From Gekko japonicus (taxonomy: Eukaryota): 64,000 bases of DNA. Of the stretch, positions 35,979 to 50,017 are shown one piece after another. The stretch spans positions 197,858 through 261,857 of the forward strand of contig NW_015169789.1 in the NCBI RefSeq assembly GCF_001447785.1, given 5' to 3'. Made by a program: the position numbers and the translations under genes. How positions within the stretch are numbered: position 1 is the stretch's first letter; each line of letters begins with the position of its first letter. The notes beneath the pieces were generated by a model. It ran no database searches. It was given only the letters and a program-made list of their open reading frames with translations, and had not been told where the DNA came from.

Positions 35979-38900
35979 ATGGTTGTGGGTGTGTGTTTGG
36001 GTGTGTTTAGCTATGAGAATATAAGCCGGCCTCGGGCCAAACTATCTCATCTCAAGTCCTCCATGTAACCAATAAAGTATGAGCTGTAGTCACGCTACTC
36101 CACATCAGTCTCAGTACTTTATACTGGTGACGAGGATGGGATTCTGATGAGCGAGCCTGACTCTTCATCCAGCACAGCACTGAGCGTCCATCCAGTGGAG
36201 GCCGCTGCGCCCCGCATCACTCCCAAGCAGCACTGCAACATGCCCTGCTCCCTTGGCACCGCTCCCCACTCTGCTCAAGGGTAATGGCTGTTGCTCTGGG
36301 ACGCCTCGAGGTCTTCGACCCCACACGCCCCGAGTTTTGGGAATCATGGGTAGACCAGCTCACCAGCTTTTTTACCTACCACGAGGTCACCGATGCCAGA
36401 AAGAAACGGGCTCTAGTCCTCAGCACATGTGGAGTGGCCACCATTCGTCTAGCAAAAAGCCTCCTGGTACCCAAGATGCTCATGGAAAATACCTACGATG
36501 AGATTGTCGTGGTCTTAACGAGGTACTATGCGCCCAAGCCCACAACGATGGCCAGATGCATGGACATCCAAGCGTGCCTCCAAAAGCCCAGTGAGATGGC
36601 TGCCGCCTTCATGGCCGACATCCACCAACACGCGATGGAGTGTGGGTTCACAAAGGTGGAAGAAAACATCCTAACCCAATTCGTTTGGGGCCTGTGAGAT
36701 GCCCAACTCTGCTGCAAGCTTGTCGGTACTGCCGACCTCACGCTAGATGGAGCCCTCGAGACGGCCACCATGTTTGAGGGCTCCCACCACGACTGACCGC
36801 CATCATTGACACACCATGCGTCCCCAGCCACGGCGTCCAACAACTTGGACGAAGATGAAGTCTTGCTTGTCCGTCAGCCCAACCGCTGGATTCCACGGAC
36901 CCCGTCCGAAGCAGCCGCTCTCTGATAAGCATGCTACCCAAGCACCCTGCGCCAGCTGTGGAAACACACATGCACACACGACATGCTGTTTCCGTGACGC
37001 CATCTGTGGAGCATGTGGGAAGCAACGCCATATCACCAGCGCCTGCCGATCCAAGGGACACCACTGCTGGCCGACCACACATCAGGAAACTGCAGAGCTG
37101 CACAACGTACACTGAAATCAGGTACATTACCTACCCCGGGGGTCCCCAGACAAAATAAAAGTGACTGTGTTGATCGAGGGTGCACCCTGTGTAATGGAAC
37201 TGGACACGGGGTTTTCCCTATCCATCGTATCAGACACCCTCCGAGGCCTGTGCCCACATGGGGGACCCCCATTGCAGAAGATCGACCTTGTGCTGTGGGA
37301 CTTTCAGAAGAACCCGGTGGCCATCAAGGGGGTGGGATGATTCCAGGTGAAGTACAGGGACTTCAAGGGGCGTTTGGACTTGGTTGTGGTAAAAGGCTGC
37401 CTCATCAGCGTATTGGGACTTTCTTGGCTCACCGCCCTAGGCCTTGGGGTGACGGGGTACACCAAGTGCATGCTGGGGACTTTAATACAGTGTGTGATGA
37501 GTTTCCAGGTGTGTTCGACGGTATGCTCAGCTGCTACACGGGCCCCTGGTTGCTCTCGCCCTTGACCCCGCGGTGGGGCCCATCTGCATGCGAGCCCGTC
37601 GGCCTCCGCTTGCCCTCTGGCCCAAGATAGAAGCAGAACTAGACCTTTTGGTGAACGAGGGGGTGCTGGAACCGGTGACCCACGCGTTGTAGGAAACCCC
37701 TATCATCACCCCAGTGAAGCCCAATGGGGACGTGAGGATTTGTGCAGATTAGAAGTGCACAATTAACAAAGGCCTGCAGGATCACGAGTATCCTGTTCTG
37801 GTGGTCAGCCATGATCTAGCTTCCTTGGCGGGTGCAAAGATCTTTGGGAAGCTGGACATGGCTCAGGCGTACCAGCAACTCCCGGTTGATGACACCACGG
37901 CAGAAGCCCAGACCATAGTGACACACAGGGGGGCTTTCAAAGTGCGGCGGCTGCAGTTTGGTGTTAGCGTGGCCCCAGGTATCTTTCAGAATTTAATGGA
38001 CTGTCTCCTTGGCATCCCCGGGGTACAACCCTTTATTGATGATGTACGGACAAGGTCTTTACAGAACGTCTGCACGCCGTCCTCCAGCATTTCCACGCCG
38101 TGGGCCTGAAAGTCAAACACGAAAAGTGCCTGCTGGGGGTGCCCCGGGTTGAGTTCCTGGGCTTTGTGGTGGATGCTTGGGGCATCCATCCTACCCCAAA
38201 CAAAATTACGGCCATCGTTAATGCGCCTACCCCCTCCTCGAAGGCAGAGCTCCAAGCATTCCTGGGCCTGCTGAATCTTTACCATTCCTTCCGCACAAAG
38301 CCGCCATCGCCAAACCCCTGCACTGCCTCCTGTACAAGTCCACGCCCTGGAAGTGGGGGCCATCCCATGCTGCTGCGCTCCGGGACGCAAAGGAACAGTC
38401 GACATCCAATGACATCTTAGCCCACTTTGACAAGTCCCTTCCCGTGATTCTTGCTTGCAACGCCTCGCCTTACGGGGTGGGGGCTGTCCTGGGCCATCCC
38501 CGATGGCCACGAGGTCCCAGTTGCGTATTACTCACGCACCTTGACTTTGGCTGAGCGCAATTACGCTCAGATTGACAAGGAAGCTCTGGCTATAGTCGCA
38601 GGGTCCAGACGTTCCATGACTACCTGTATGGGCGACCCTTCACCATTGTCATGGACCACAAACCACTTTTGGGACTCCTGGCTCCAGATCGCCAGATGCT
38701 GCAAATGCTCTCGCCAAGGGTGCTTCGATGGTCCATCTTCCTGGCCGGCTACCAATACATTGTGCTTAATTGGCCAGGGAAAGCGATGGGCCATGTCAAT
38801 GCTCTGAGCTGCCTTCCGTTACCTGCCTGTGACCTGGACCCAGCTCTGGCACACCATATCTTGCTGCTTGAGGACTTGCCCGACACGCCCGTCCACATGG

Positions 38901-40565
38901 CTGAGGTCTCCCACCACACTGTCCCGAGTTTTGGACTGGGTGGGGAGGGGGGTGGCCCACGGGCCACCGTAGGCCCACAGTTTGCCACTTTCTCCTCCCG
39001 GCGGGACGAGCTGTCAGCACACAAGGGCTGCCTGCTGTGGGGCAGCTGGGTGATCATTCCCACACCACTGTGCAAATGAGTTCTCGTGGCGCTGCACGAA
39101 ACCCACCCGGGGATTGTGCGCATGAAGGCTTTGGCTCGCAGCTACGTATGGTGGCCGGGAATGCATGGAGAAATAGAAGATGTGGTCAAAGGCTGCCAAC
39201 CCTGCCAGGAGACATGGCCAGCTTTGCCAGGGGCTCCCACCTGCCCGCGGGAAACCACACAGAAGCCCTGGAGTCGCCTGCACCTGGACTTTGCAGGACC
39301 CTTCCGGGGCCAGTTTTTTTAAATTCTGGTTGACTTGTTCTCGAAGTGGCTCAAGGTAATCCCGGTCCCCACAATGTCATCCTGAGTGGTCATCCGAGCC
39401 ATGTGGAAGATATTCTGTACAGACAGCATCCTGGACACTCTGGTGTCAGATAACGGTACAGCATTTACCTTGGCTGAATTCCAGGACTTTGTGAGATATT
39501 ACGGAATTCAGCACATTTACTCTGCCCCCTTCCACCCGGCAGAGTGAATGGTAAGAACAACCAAAGAATCGCTCTGCCGGATCACACACAGAGACTGGGA
39601 CTACAGACTAGCAACCTTCCTGTTTGGCCAATGGACGACCCCCAGCACCGCCACCAGCTGCAGCCCAGCAGAGCTCCTGATGGGTCTACGCCTCCCAACC
39701 AGGCTGGATTGCTTGCACCCAGACAGTGCCCCCGATCACAGCCCAGCCACAGAAGTCCAAGAAACACCCCAGGGGGTTTCCCAGAGGACCCCGTCTATGT
39801 GAAGAACTTCTTGCAGGGACCACCATGGATCCCAGCCCGGGTAGTGCGGATGACGGGACCTCTATTGTATGAGGTCTCAACAGAGGACGGCCAGCTCCTA
39901 TGGAGGCATGTAGACCAGCTGCGCTGACGCACCCTTATGGTAGAGAATCCAACTAACCGTGAAGCAAAGGACAGTGAGGCAGAGGCAGAGCCGGATGAAC
40001 ACCCACCTGAGGCAACAGTCGCTGACCCAGTTTCGGCCTCCATTCTGGGTTCTCTTCCGGACTCGACCCCAAGTCTTGCTCCAGCTGACAGATCAGTGCC
40101 AGCAAGCAGCCCTGAGCCACCCCGGAGCTCCGCCAGGAGGGAAAGCGACTCCGGAAGTCCCTCGACCGAGCCGCACTCCTCAACTCGCAAGTGACAGCAG
40201 CCAGAGTACCTCAAAGACTATGTGAGCTAGTACTTTGGAACTATGGGGGGAGGGGTGTTATGTACTCTTACGGCCACACGAGCGCTAGCGAGGCCATGTG
40301 TTTGGACAGACCTTCGGGTCTAGAGACAATGGACCAGATGGATCCTAATGTGGGCCAATGGACTCACGCAGATCCTGGAAAGTACCTATCGTAGACCTAG
40401 TAGTGTAAATATAGCCTATCATGGTTGTGGGTGTGTGTTTGGGAGTGGTTAGCTATAGGGTTATAAGCCGGCCTCAGGCCAGACTATCTCATCTCAAGTT
40501 TTCCATGTAACCAATAAAGTATGAGCTGTAATCACGCTACTCCGCATCAGTCTCAGTACTTTATA
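35979..40565 (+). mobile_element. Decayed Ty3/Gypsy (Mag-like) LTR retrotransposon: partial 5' LTR 35979-36123, PBS 36125-36144, gag from 36284, PR-RT-RH-IN, PPT 40245-40255, 3' LTR 40256-40565
   Basis: Double zinc knuckle CASCG..H...C..CGK..H...C; ELDTG protease; KLDMAQAYQQL/FGV..APGIFQ/FIDD RT; RNYAQIDKEALA/DHKPL RNase H; HETHPGIVRMKALARSYVWWP..C..C/PWSRLHLDFAGP integrase; PBS TGGTGACGAGGATGGGATTC complementary to the tRNA-Ser(GCU) 3' end. Confidence 0.96.
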
Positions 40566-40942
40566 CTTTTGATGTGTATTACAAGGGAAGATATGCTAGT
40601 TGGGGTACCAGGAATAAACAGGCTATCATAGATGAATTAATCAAGTCTCAGGGATTAGTCTGTACATTTCAGATCCATCCCCTTTCCACTGCCATGACAG
40701 TTTACAATGTCTACTATCAGAGATATGGAGCCATTGATGTCTTTTAAGTCAAAGCCGAGAGCATAATGGAGGATTAATTTTATGGAGAAGGCACTTTATT
40801 TTTGGCACAGCTTGATGTACTCAGTGTGTTTCATTGTGAGACAAAGATATCTAATTTGATGCTCCCCAAAGATCTGCCTTCATACCTTAGAGGTACACTT
40901 TTCCATCTCTGTGCAAATGGCTACAGTTGTAGATAATTCACC

Positions 40943-41027
40943 ATGCAATCCTGGGCAGTTACTCCAGTGTAAGATCATTGATTTCAATGGGCTCAGACTG
41001 GAGTAACTGTACATAGGATTGCACTGA
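40943..41027. repeat. About 85-bp palindromic MITE (related hairpins near 10232, 12920, 51950, 52840, 53320, 60190, 60475)
   Basis: caatcct...gttactccagt | ttgatttcaa | actggagtaac...aggattg hairpin. Confidence 0.65.
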
Positions 41028-43830
41028 CAGTTGCTTAGTCATGTCCCTATATTAGGTCAAAATTTATCCTTTTTCTCGAGGTCACTGCCCAAGTCAATTA
41101 ACTTGTGCTGCAATCAGGGATGGGCATTAACCACTCACAAACTAAAATTCATGATGAACTCTGGCTAGCTTGTGGTTTGTGAAGTGAAGTTCGTGGCAGG
41201 TCACCTGGCACAAACTTTCAAGACGTTCCTGGAGGCTCCTGCCAGTACATGAACCCATACATTTCCAGACTGTCTCAGCTCAAACTAAATATTTACAAAA
41301 CTTCAAAGCAACATGGGGGGCGGAACTTGGAGTTCATATAGAGGAGCATCCAGGGGAGGTCCCCTGTGACTCAGATGTCTCCAGCTTGCACAGGATCCGT
41401 TCTATACAGTCCTGAATCTCCTGAACCTGCGCAAGCTTGAGACACCAAAATCGTGGGGGATCTCCATCTGACTCTCCTCTACCTGCCCTCCAAGATTGGC
41501 GAGGATTGGATTTATGGGATCTGAGTTACGGCCCCTCAAGAAGGTGCTCCCGGGAAAGTGCTTTCTGGAGAGATGACTGCCTGTCATTTTTCTAACACAG
41601 CTAACTCAGACAGTTTATCTTTTTTCCACATATAAATTAATTTCAAAACCTTATCATCCCTGGATTTCCCCTGCCTCTCTTCTTAACCTCAGTGAACCCT
41701 GGAAACCCAGTTCACACTACTTCGAAAAAATTGGCTGGAGATGGTACAGTAGTGAGAACAGGGGGGAAAAAGGATGGTCTATTTATAAAGTCCTGCTTTC
41801 ACTATATGAATATCAATTAATTAATGCAAAATCATTGCCATTCACACTCACTTCCTGGTGCTGAAACAGTTTGCTGTACCTCCAGCTAATGCTACCTATA
41901 TGAATGAAATGCTTACAGTACTCATTTGTCAACAATTCAAAGTCTAAATGCAACAATTAAAGTTGACGAGTGGATCACAGTAGTATACAGCAGAACTCAG
42001 ACACTCAGAACATAAGAATGTGATTGCTTTTACAGACAATGTACAGCTCCAAACCTTTTATCTTGCATCATGCCTGCGGACAAGTGTTTTCAGCTGGTGT
42101 GTGACACAGCAGCCCATCAGGAGTCCAGGAAATGAAGGTACTTTGAAGATGTTGAAACTTCTGTATTGGAAATCCAGCATTAACATACAGAACTATAATT
42201 CCTACAGGTCTTTAGGAAGACACAGTTAAATGGAATTCTTCTATGTGCCTTCTATGCAAAAGATTATATTGGCAGAGGATGTGGTAAAATAACATATGTC
42301 TTCCAGTAGAGTAGCAACTCTGAGACTCTGAGGTGCCTTAAATACAAATACATTTATTGTGACAAAAACTTTTACTTTCTGTGGCAGGAATGGCATAGAA
42401 CTGTAGAGCAACAGCACAACTGGGGACCGGCTACAGAGCTCATTGGCAGATGGTGATAGCATACATGTGACTGGAGTAGGTCTGTACAACCTCAGATAAC
42501 TGCTCCTTCCAATTGACTGGCTGTCATTGTCGCAATGGATAGAGTCTGAGTTGGACTTCCAGGTTTAGATTGCTCATAGGATGTGCTATGTTGGGACAGA
42601 AAGTTGAAGGCCTGTTACTCAGAAACAACAGGGTCAGCATAAGGACTACTGCCATGGTGCTTGCCCTGTTAAATCTTCCATCCCACTGAATTTGGTAAAG
42701 TATGGAACAGTGACGTTCCTCTGTCTGGATTAGGTTTACTGTCCTGGTGAATGCTGCCAAAGAGAGGCAAAAGGGTTCTGGCAGTCATTCATGCCACAGT
42801 CTGCTGAGATCCCCTCTCTGGGCACTGAAGAACAACACACTCAATCACAGTTCAGAGTTCACAGTGGCAGGCCAGAGCCAAACCAGCCTGCTAGCCTCCT
42901 GTAAGGAATAAGATCCCGTTCCCAAAATCCTGCCAGTCTTGTGGAGGCTTGGAAACCCAGTTGTTTATTATTATTATTTTTAAAATACACATAGTCAGCC
43001 CCTCAGTGTCCATCGCTGAGTCAGCCCCTGTTGGGCAATACTCCTGTCACGCAGACAGAGCAACTCACAATTTACGGTTAAAGCAGGGAAATAAACTCCA
43101 CAATAGCTGATGCTACATTTAGCCCAGAGAATGGAGATATACAAGCTGTCTTAATTATGTGATAAGGTCGTGTTCTAAATAGCAAAGTCAATAAAGTGAG
43201 ACAGAATGCAGCCAAAATCAACATTTTATGTTACAATTGGTTTCAGTGTGTGTGGGGGGAATTAAGCATATGCTTAAATGTTCCTATGGAAATCAATAGA
43301 GCTAAACAATGCTTAACTTCCACAAAATATGCCTTAAGATTTCATGATTAACAGTACATTGGGTACACTGATGAATGGGTAGGTTCATATGGGAGAAGGT
43401 GGTCCTTCAGGTATGCTGGCCTGAAGCAGTTTTAAAATGGTCTCTTACATTAAAAAAACTTCCTGCAAGTGGAAAGTCAGTGCAGCAGAGAACAAATTGG
43501 ATTGGAAGCTTTTTCTCTCCTGTGCTAATACAGCTGTATATCCTAAAACAATTACTTAACTTGAATTTTAAATCAAGTTTAAATAAAAGAATCAACAATA
43601 ATTTGTGGAATGAACATACATGTACTGTCCCTTTTAGGGTGACATGGTTTCTCTGGCACTGTCTGCTATTCAGCTATAGGAAGAACAACAGCTGGACAGC
43701 CTTTTCATCCTGCAGAGAAGGCCAGTAGTGAATGCCAGACTTTTCTCTCTTGGGCTGGGGAGCTCTGCAGCTGCAAGACATTCCACATCCCCCCACCAAA
43801 AAAACCCCTAGTGTCTCATTTGCAGAATGA

Positions 43831-44100
43831 AGGTTAAGTGCACTCTAATCTGGGAGAACCGAGTTTGATTCCCCACTCCTCCACTTGCACCTGCTGGATG
43901 ACCTTGGGCAAGCCATAACTCTGGCACAGCTGTTCTTGGAAAAAAAGAGCAGTTTCTGTCAAGCAGTTTCTCTCAGCCCCACCTACCTCACAGGGTGTCT
44001 GTTGTGGGGAGGGGAAGGTAAAGGAGTTTGTAAGCCGCTCTGAGACACCTTTGGGTAGTGAAGGGCAGGGTATAAATCCAATCTCCTCTCCTCTCCTCCT
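43831..44100 (+). mobile_element. tRNA-derived CORE-type squamate SINE with L2-like tail (relatives at 54689-54831 + and 61452-61656 -)
   Basis: B-box-like gtttgattcc; gaccttgggcaag and cctacctcacagggt core motifs; gtaagccgc...gggtataaat tail. Confidence 0.8.
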
Positions 44101-44539
44101 CCTATTTAAGTTTGTTGCTTAGACTCTTATGTTCCAGGAAATGTATACATTCCACATAGGGTAGCTGTATTAATCTACTGTTGCAAAAATAAAAAGGAAA
44201 CTTGCAGCATATTAAAGAGTAACAGATTTACTGAAGCATAAGCTTTCGTAATGTATAGATGATTATATGGTACAGACTTTTCAAAGAGAATGGAAGGTTA
44301 CAATAAAGACTCTGACATGTACCAAATTCAATTACATTACAGTTTACCCTTCCTACTACACGTGGAACTAATTGCTTTTGAATCGAGGGTGCAAGCCCTA
44401 TCATATATTCTCACTTTGCTGGCTGTTCCCTTTGTCCTACTGGAGATCTTTTTACAGTCTCTAAGAAAAGCTGCAGAGCAGCATCTTGTATCTGAGTGCT
44501 CTTGGGCCTCAAGGCTAATCACCCTCTACCTGTATGTAT

Positions 44540-44748
44540 GGACTGGTAATTTCCAATTTTGTTTTTGTCTCTGTCTTGACTCTCATTGGCCCTTCCTGGC
44601 AACTAATCCTCCCTCTTTCCATATGTAAGGGTTGAAGTAATTCTGTTTCACTGTATCTGAAGAAGTGTGCACGCAGACAAAAGCTTATACCTTGAATAAA
44701 GCTTTGTTGGTCTTAAAGGTGCCACTGGACTCAAACTTTGTTCTACAG
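44540..44748 (+). mobile_element. Penelope-like 3' end / pseudo-LTR with minimal hammerhead ribozyme relic (44653-44690)
   Basis: GTAT-CTGAAGA-stem II-[A]AAA-GCT-T-ATAC; G12 of the GAAA core is mutated to A. Confidence 0.75.
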
Positions 44749-44769
44749 CTTCTTCAGAGAAACTGCAGT

Positions 44770-47700
44770 AGGGAATCCTTCATGGAAGTGTCAGTTAAAA
44801 TGAACTAATTTTGAAATGTATTGCGGCAGCATGGCTGGTGAGGGAGCTGAGGCAGTGATGTGCAAAGTCTGTGGCATGTTCGTGTTCTTACCTGAGGGTA
44901 ACAGCAATGACACTTGCAGCAAGTGTAAGTTGGTGGCTCTACTGGAGGAGAAGATACAGGGACTTGAGGCATGCTTGTCCACACTCCAGTTTATAAGGGA
45001 AGGTGAAGAGTTCATGGACAGAACGCATGAAGTACTCCTGAGAGGGCAACAGGAGGAGGAGGGAAAGGTATCTCAGCAAATGGAGGAGTACCCAACACAG
45101 GAGGAGGGCACATGGAAGAATGTAACCCACAGAAGCAGAAAGATCAAGAGACATTCTGAGCCTATGTTACTAAGCATTTGGTTCCTGGATCTCCCCACAG
45201 ATATTGATTCTGAACCACTGGAACAAGGGCTCCTCCTCTAGCCTTCATGAAGCTTGAAGAAAATTTCTGAGACCCCTGTGGATGAGAGGACTCAAGCGTC
45301 TCCTCCCCAATTTAGGAGAAGGCATGTGTTGGTAATTGGGGATTCCCTACTGAGAGGGGTAGAAGCTAAAGTGTGCCGACTGGACTTGTCATCTCGAGAG
45401 GTATGTTGTCTACTGGGTGCACACATCCAGGATGTGACGGAAAGGGTAGGAAGACTCATCAAGCCCACGGATTATTATCCCTTTTTGCTCATCCACGTGG
45501 GAACAAATGATACCATCCAGCATAGCCCAGAACATATTAAAAGAGACTATGTGGCTCTGGGTAAAAGGTGAAGGAATTGGGAGTACAGGTTGTATTCTCA
45601 TCAGTTCTTCCTGTTGAAGGCCGTGGCTTAGAAAGGGAAAGAAGAATACTGCATATCAATGACTGGCTATGTAGATGGTGTCATCAGAAAAGGTTTGGAT
45701 TTTTGGACCATGGCTTACACTTTTGTGATGAAGCTCTTCTATCAGGAGATGGTTTGCACCTCATGAGGGTAGGAAAAAATGTGTTTGGAAACAGCCTTTC
45801 AAACCTAATAAGAAGAGCTTTAAACTAAATCCTGTGGGGAAGTGAGACAAAAATGCAAAAATCCAGTATGATGCCAATAACTGGATATAAAAACTCTAAA
45901 GTTTTGCGGGGAGTGGCACATATGCTAGATAACATTAACTCACATGTAAGTACAGAAACAAAAACTGCAGGGTACAAAACACATGGATTCCGATGTCTCT
46001 ACACTAATGTGCAGAATATGGGAAACAAGCAGGAGGAGCTTGAAATCCTAATACAGGAAGGGAACTATGACCTAATAGGCATTACTGAAACTTGGTGGGA
46101 TGACACTCAACATTGGAATATTAGGATTGAGGGGTATAATTTATTTAAAAGAGACAGACAAATAAGGAATGGTGGAGGAGTCACATTATATGTAAAAGAG
46201 GTATATACTTGTGAGGAAATACATGAATCTGAGCATGAAAGTCCAGTTGAGAGTCTCTGGGTAAAAATAAAAGGAGTAAGAAATAATAGTGATATTATGG
46301 TGGGGGTCTCCTAGAACAGATTACAATGTTCTCAAAGAGATGGGACACAGTGGTCATGGGAGATTTCAGTTACCCGGATATCTGTTGGAAGTCTGATTCT
46401 GCTAAAAATGAAAGTTTCGATAAATTCCTGACTTGTCTTGCTGACAGCTTCATTTTCCAGAAAGTGGAGAGGGAAACAAGGGGATCTGCTATCTTGGACC
46501 TGATTCTTACCAACAGGGAAGAACTGGTTGACGAGGTGAAAGTAGTGGGCACCCTGGGTAGTAGTGTTTACAGTCTTGGGGAAGATAAAAGCTGTATGTA
46601 GTCAGACATACAGGTTGGACTTCAGGAAAGCAAATTTTGACAAACTTAAAAGTTATGCTGGGTAGAATTTTATGGTCAGAAATACTTAAGGAGAAGGAAG
46701 TTCAAGAGGGATGGGAGTTTCTTAAAAGTGAAATACTGAAGGCATGATCACGAACGATTTATATGAGAAGGAAAAATGGGAGGAGCCTAAAGAAGCCAAG
46801 GTGGCTCCATAAACAGCTTTCTACAAGACTTGAGAAATAAAAAAGACTCATTCAGAAAATGGAAAGAGGGCCTTATAACCAAGGATGAATATAAATAAAT
46901 AACCAGTGTTTGCAGAGAGAGTGTTAGGAAAGCTAAAGCTCAGTATGAGCTTAGGCTAGCAAAAGATGCTAAAAGCAACGAAAAAGAGTTCTTTTCGTTT
47001 GTTCAAAGTAAGAAAAAGAGCAAGGACATGGTAGGTCCATTGCGGGGACAGGAAAGTGAAGATTTAACAGGTGATGAAGAGACGGAAGAACTGCTCAGTT
47101 CCTAGTTTTCCTCAGTCTTCTCTTGCAAGGGAAATGGTGCTCAATATGGCAAAAACAGATGATGAAGGAAGGGAGCTGCAGCCTAGGATTGGCATGGGGT
47201 AGTACATAAACACTCAGTTTCTTTAAATAATACTAAGTCCTTCTGCTTCCAAAGGTACTAAAAGAACTCACAGATGTAATTTCTGAGCCTCTGTCCCTTA
47301 TTTTTGAGAATTCTTGGAGAACAGGTGAGGTGCCAGAAGATTCGAGGTGGGCAAATGTTGTTCCCATCTTCAAGAAGGGGGAAAAGGAGGATATGAATAA
47401 CTACTAACCCATCAGCTTGACGTCTATACCTAGGAAAGTTTTAGAACAAATCATCAAACAGACAGTCTCTGAGCATTTAGAAAGGATGGCTGTGATTGCT
47501 AAGAGCCAGCATGGGTTTCTCAAGAACAAGTCATGTCAGACTAACCTTATCTCATTTTTTCCAGAAAGTTACTACCTTGCTGGATCAGGGGAATGCTGTA
47601 GACATAGTTTATCTTGATTTCAGTGAGGTTTTTGATAAGGTTCCACATAATATTCTTGTTGACAAACTGGAAAAACGTGGTTTGGATCCTATGACTGTTA

Positions 47701-48868
47701 GGTGGCTTTGTAACCGGTTGACAGATCGCACCCAAAGAGTGCTTGTGAATGGTTCCTCATCTTGGAGAGGAGTGACAATTGGAGTGTCTCAAGGATCTGT
47801 CTTGGGACCTGTTTTGTTCAACATCTTTATCAATGATTTGGATGAAGGGATAGAAGGAATGCTTATTAAATTTGCAGATGATACTATGCAAATATGGTAG
47901 AAGACAGAGTCAGGATACAGGATGATCTTGACAGGCTGGAGAAATGGGCTAAAACAAATAAAATGAATTTCAATGGAGATAAATGTAAAATTCTGCATTT
48001 AGGTAGGAAAAATCAAATGCATAATTATAGGTTGGGGGAGACTTGTCTTGGCAGTTGTATGTGCAAAAAGGATCTAGGGGTCTTAGCAGACCATACACTG
48101 AACATGAGTCGGCAGTGTGATGCGGTTGCTAAAAATGCAAATGCGATTTTGGGCTGTATCAACAGAAGTATAGTGTCCAGATCACACAAAGTGATGGTAC
48201 CACTTTACTCTGGTGTCCAGAGGAGGGCAATGAAGATGGTGAGGGGTCTGGAGACCAAGTTCTACGAGGAAAGTTTGATGGATGTTTAGCCTGGAGAGGA
48301 GATGACTGAGAGGTGATATGATAATCATCTTCAAGTACTTGAAGGGCTGTCATCTAGAGGATGGTGCAGAGTTGTTTTCTGTTGCCCCAGAAGGTTGGAC
48401 CAGAACCAACAGGTTGAAATTAAATCAGAAGAGTTTTCGGCTAAACATTAGGAAGAACTTCCTGACAGTTAGAATGGTTCCTCAGTGGAACAGGCTTCCT
48501 TGGGAGGTGGTGGGCTCTCCTTCCTTGGAGGTTTTCAAACAGAGGCTAGATGGCCATCTGACAGCAATGCTGATTGTGTGAACTGAGGCAGATCATGAGA
48601 GGGAGGGCAGGAAGGGTTGCCTCAGTGCCTAGTTCTTGTGGCCCTTTCTTACACGCCCAGGGAAATGCTGATTGTCACTTTGGGGTCAGGAAGCAATTGT
48701 TCTCCAGGCCGGTTTGGCCAGGGATCTTGGAGGTTTTTTGTAATCTTCTGGGTGTGGAACAGTGATCATTGCGGGTATGGACAGGGAGGTATTTGTGAAT
48801 TTCCTGCATTGTGCAGGGGGTTGGACTTGATGACCCTGGAGGTCCCTTCCAACTCTATGATTCTATGA
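44770..48868 (+). mobile_element. Near full-length decayed CR1 LINE (ORF1 zinc finger + SGNH esterase; ORF2 APE endonuclease + RT)
   Basis: ORF1 C..C...C..C and leucine zipper, VIGDSLLR, HVGTND, DGLHL; ORF2 [44 protein letters not shown]; tail ggtcccttccaactctatgattctatga. Confidence 0.95.
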
Positions 48869-49486
48869 GAAGGACTTCTTGCTTCTTTAGGGAACAAGTT
48901 ATGGGCTTATAACTGTGGATACGGCTGCCAAATCTTTTCGCTTTCAACCTCACACTGTCATTTCTACACCAAGTCCCAGAATATTGATCTGTACTGTGTG
49001 GAGACAGCTTGGCCCTGGTTTTGCCATCCACAAGAACTATGGGTAGGTTGGGGGAGGGAGTGGCTGGGCATACATATTGACCTTTCTTTCCCCTCAGCTA
49101 ACCTCTGGCCTCATCTGAAAGCTAGAGAGCTGCAGTGAGTTAGATAGCTATTTACCATCCTTTATTTAAAGAAACCTTTGGGCCAAGTTACTTATTAAGC
49201 TAAATAACCTATCTTGTCCTTTTACAATCCTCTATTCCTTCTTGAAAACGTTAAATCAGAGATGGCGCTAGGAGAGAGTTTGTCAACTAGGCACTCACCA
49301 GTGTGTGGGGTTCCTCAGGGGGCAATCTTCTCTCCAATGTTATTTAATATTTATATGCACCCCCTCGCTTAACTGGTGTGGAGTTTCTGGCTGGGTTGTC
49401 GCCAGTATGCTGATGACACCCAGCTATATCTGTTGATGGGCAGCCAGCTAGATACTGCTCCAGCCAACTTAGCTGAGGGTTTAGAG

Positions 49487-49911
49487 CAGGGGTGTCGAAC
49501 TCATTTGTTATGAGGGATGGATCTGACATAAATGAGACCTTGTTGGGCCGGGCCATGTGTGTCATAAAATGTAATGCCAGGCAGCGGAGATACAAACTTT
49601 ATAAAGGACACAAACAAAAAGGTTTTTTTTAAACTTAAAATAAAAACACGCTTAAAACATTTGCACTCTTGCAATATTCTGTTTATTTAACAGTGTCTGA
49701 TAACTGACACCTCTTGCTCTGAATAATTGCATCAAAATGTCTGTGCTGTTGCAATCTTGACTATGCTGTTCAGGTATGTATCTGTAAGCTGCAAACCTAC
49801 AAAGCAGCAGAACTGGAAGCAGCAGCAGAAGACAGCCAGTTCCACTGCGGGCCTGATAGAAACCCTCCGGGTGCCTGATCTGGCCTCCGGGCTGCATGTT
49901 TGACACCCCTG
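49487..49911. mobile_element. hAT-Charlie-type MITE
   Basis: TIRs CAGGGGTGTCGAAC/GTTTGACACCCCTG; perfect TSD GTTTAGAG, resembling the Charlie NTCTAGAN preference. Confidence 0.93.
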
Positions 49912-50017
49912 GTTTAGAGGCTGTGGTGGGATGGTTGAAGCAGAGCCAGTTGAGACTGAATCCGACTAAGAGGAAGGTTGTGTGGCTGGGGAGGGGAGGC
50001 TCAGGGTTGGAGTGCTG

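Noticed and set aside
36284-40194. Domesticated Gypsy gene or env-like ORF
   Set aside because: Many stops and frameshifts are present; the 3' Pro/Ser-rich ORF is the usual disordered tail after integrase.
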